In this document: piece by piece, positions 50,001-52,844 of the stretch | How the letters are laid out: each line of letters starts with the position of its first letter | Numbering within the stretch: the first letter of the stretch is position 1 | Assembly (NCBI RefSeq): GCF_001194135.2 | Contig: NC_069000.1 | Span: 27,177,056 to 27,229,899, forward strand | Source of the DNA: Octopus bimaculoides | Taxonomy: Eukaryota | DNA length: 52,844 nt | Direction: 5' to 3' | Notes under the pieces: generated by a model | Told to the model about the DNA's origin: nothing | The model's input: the letters and a program-made list of their open reading frames with translations, nothing else | The model's database searches: none | Program-made: the position numbers and the translations under genes

Positions 50001-50668
50001 NNNNNNNNNNNNNNNNNNNNNNNNNNNNNNNNNNNNNNNNNNNNNNNNNNNNNNNNNNNNNNNNNNNNNNNNNNNNNNNNNNNNNNNNNNNNNNNNNNNN
50101 NNNNNNNNNNNNNNNNNNNNNNNNNNNNNNNNNNNNNNNNNNNNNNNNNNNNNNNNNNNNNNNNNNNNNNNNNNNNNNNNNNNNNNNNNNNNNNNNNNNN
50201 NNNNCTTGGGGTCACCAGTGTAAATGGTTGATAGATGCAATAGAGACATTAGTCTCTCTCTATCACCTTTCAACATAATTATATATGAAGGAACAGTAGA
50301 ACAATTAACAACATAATAAAAATAAGTTTTATTTTGATGATGCTTGGTTTTATGAATCCTGTGTCACTCAGCTTAGCAGCTGCTGATTGAGTTCTAATCG
50401 ATATTGGAAGGTTAAGAGCTTCCTTGATGCATGCCAGAGGAGCAAATAGCTATCATATCGATAGCATCGTGGTGAAGAGTGCTTCGTTGAGGAGCGAGGT
50501 GTTGTCACATCGAAGGTCTCTCGCTCAACTGGCTTACAAAGTGAAACAAACTCTTTAAGTACTAGTTTTACTACGCATGTGCACTCAAGGGGCTTCCGGA
50601 AAGGCAAGTCCCTTGCGCATGTGCAGATAGTACTTCCTCAATGGCGGCTATAATTTCGCGCCACTACA
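47090..50668 (-). mobile_element. Young CsRn1-like Gypsy element with internal deletion, inserted in Dong-A
   Basis: 450-bp LTRs 47090-47539 and 50219-50668 with about 9 mismatches by eye; PBS TGGTGACCCC (50208-50217, tRNA-Trp); PPT GGGGGAAG; RT YVDD fused to the RNase H end; IN core and GPF module. Confidence 0.93.
47978..48052 (-). repeat. 33-bp tandem repeat in the integrase C-terminus
   Basis: PLHTPLSTPSP / THTPLSSPSP / THTP. Confidence 0.7.
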
Positions 50669-51767
50669 ATTCTTTACTTTCTTTTGCATCTGGAATCAGT
50701 TTCTGGTGTTGGCCTCCCTCTATTTCCTCAAATAAATGCCTTCTATTTGATTGGAACAATCTCTTCTGTTCGAAACCTTTGTGTCTAGCATCATATCTTT
50801 TCAATCACCTTTTGTGACAATTCTTCATGTACTGTTTGATTTCACCTTTCTTCTAACCTGTACTGTCCGTTCAATTTTCTCATTACAACTTTATTCTTGA
50901 GCTCTCCTCTCATTATCCTATTCAATTGCCCCAGTTATTTCTGTGACTTTTCCAGCTTCATTTGTATTCTCTTCCTCCAGTTTGGTTCTTTCTTTTCATT
51001 TGCTTTTATATCTTCAGTTTTTCACTTGTAGCTTACTATGTTAGCGACAACATTTCCTCACTTATTTTCTGTCCAAATATCTTACATTTGGTGGTACTTC
51101 ATTGTTCCCATTAGACATTTTACCGCGCAACATTTCTAAAATCTTCTCTTCGTCATTCAAATCTTGTGCACATCTAGATCATCTTCATTAGTTACTTTAT
51201 CAGTATTCTCTGGTACCCTGCAGTTTCCATCTGTTTCATATTCTTTATCTCTAACTCCTTCATCACTGCTATCTGCTACTGCTGTTTATTATGTTTCTCT
51301 GAATTTCTTCAATCTCTACCCCCATAATCTAGTCATTCTTTGGGATTGCTCTTGCTTGGTCTATCAGTCACTGGGCGGATGCTTTAAAACCTCCTTTTTC
51401 ATCCCACATTTTCTTCATTTGATTCATGAAGCCTCTTTTATTTGGCTCACTTCTCAGGCAGCATTCTATTACTCTTTTGTTTACATCTTTTTCCAATTTC
51501 ATTCTTTTTCTTTTGTGCTTTTGACTGCAATTTTGGTCAGTAGCTTGATGACAACCTGCTAGAGCTTGATCGTTTGATCAGATACTACCTGCCTACTGTG
51601 CATGACACCTTCACTAATAGTTCCCGCCCTTTAGCACAGTTGTGGTTATTATTTAATTTTCATATCACTCATTTAGAGGTGGCATTCGTAAGGTTGAGCA
51701 ATCACCAGTATTTTTACCATGACACCACCACTAGTTGGTTTGCTAGCCAAGGCTCCGAGAGTATTAA

Positions 51768-51803
51768 TATCATCATCATCATCATCATTATTATTATCAT
51801 TCA
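51768..51803. repeat. (ATC)n(ATT)n tract at the Dong-A 5' junction
   Basis: Direct inspection. Confidence 0.9.
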
Positions 51804-52844
51804 TGCCAACCACATATTTAGTACCTGCAGATTTATACCTTTACTTATTAATAATATTTTCATCTTCAATACTTAGTTTTTTGCCTATCACATTTGTATC
51901 ATCATTACTCTTTCTTTTATTTAGTTTAGTTAAAAAAAACTGTTTAATATATGTATTTCTATCTAAATTTTTAGTTTTATTATAGTCCCTGTTAATTTTC
52001 AACTTATCCAAAATTCTATCATTTCCAGGAATGTTATTATTATTATGATTCTGGATATAGTAAATTTTATCCTTATATCCAGCTTCAAATAATGTGTGGT
52101 TATAGTAACTTTGATTTTGTTTAAATATATCCTCATTAGCTGAAAGTCTTGAAATGTGAGTAGATATATTTTTAATGATAGAATTTATTATGCTCCTTGG
52201 ATGATTTGAATTTTTTTTTACATATCTTAAGCACTCATTAGGCCTATGATAAGGTTGGTATAGCTCATTACTTAAATCAAGAGTAATATCAAGGAAGTTA
52301 ACCACAGTATAGTAATTTTCTATAGCAATAGAAAGACCAAGACGCTTAAAGAATTTGGAAAGATTTTTTTTCCTGGACCTTTCTAAATTAACCATATTAG
52401 ATTTATATATAATGAATAGAGGGTCATCTTTAATTATCTACTGACATCACCAATAGTTGTATACAAAAATAACCTTTTTAGATTTATATCTCTGTAGATT
52501 TCTAATTGTCATAATGTAGAATTCTTGTTTGATTTTTTATTATCTCATCGACCACTAACATCACCAATAGTTAAATACAAAAATGACTTTTCTTAAATAT
52601 TTTTTACTTTTTATTTTATCTTTATAAAATATTTCCGTTATCCAATGATGTCACCATTTGTTGAACAAAGGAATGTCTTAGGCGTTCAATTCAATTTAGG
52701 CGTTCTTTTTGTTAACATTTATCAACTCATAAATTTTTAGATGTTCAATTTGAATTTCACTAATTTTGGATAGCCTTGATAAAGTTGTATCAACATATAT
52801 TTTCAAGGATATTAATATTAATTTTAACGATATTTTATATATAT
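51804..52844 (-). mobile_element. Penelope-like element, RT (5' piece), runs off window end
   Basis: IKDDPLFI (YRDD-equivalent), VNFLDITLDL, YQPYHRPN, NSNHPRSII, ISRLSANEDIF, then an N/K-rich linker. Confidence 0.85.

Larger units (their letters stand above)
43428..51767 (-). mobile_element. Apparently full-length R4/Dong element (Dong-A) in four pieces
   Basis: N-terminal IIECCLRSEPNKRGF..LIDQARAI; PDAKESK|EF..LW; WKGPSPDG; GIFQGDNLFPLLF; HLLFMGDIK; YKYLGILE; HPKADI..RDQGGR; RHDQVVKVIHW; LLGTVRIIKRVLST; (TAA)n at the 3' end and (ATC)(ATT)n at the 5' end. Confidence 0.88.

Noticed and set aside
52441-52600. ~115-bp spaced direct repeat in the Penelope RT
   Set aside because: The short imperfect duplication is real (acatcaccaatagtt..atacaaaaat at 52444 and ~52558) but looks like ordinary post-insertion decay.

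Overview
Eukaryotic, AT-rich, almost entirely transposon-derived DNA with several N gaps. The SINE families resemble those I recall from Octopus genomes, which is an inference and was not searched. No intact host protein-coding gene, rRNA, tRNA or CRISPR array is supported, and most listed ORFs are fragments or antisense shadows of decayed retroelements. Contents: RTE LINE remnants (one with an inverted 5' half), four R4/Dong LINE pieces sitting in (TAA)n tracts, six Ty3/Gypsy elements (three CsRn1-like, one Mag-like, two copies of a compact ~4.1 kb family), a split Penelope-like element, an internally deleted DD37D-type Tc1/mariner, tRNA-type SINEs, Helitron/Helentron-like elements, MITEs, a ~0.7 kb tandem duplication and two promoter-like segments. 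From ~31 kb to the end, the window is one nested stack inside a Penelope element. The most unusual signal is in the compact Gypsy family (12310-16481 and 39063-43168). It has no canonical TGG primer-binding site next to the 5' LTR. Instead a 12-nt sequence complementary to the 5' end of tRNA-Phe abuts the LTR, and its RNase H looks DIRS/retrovirus-like. Coordinates of decayed elements are approximate, and all alignments were done by eye.
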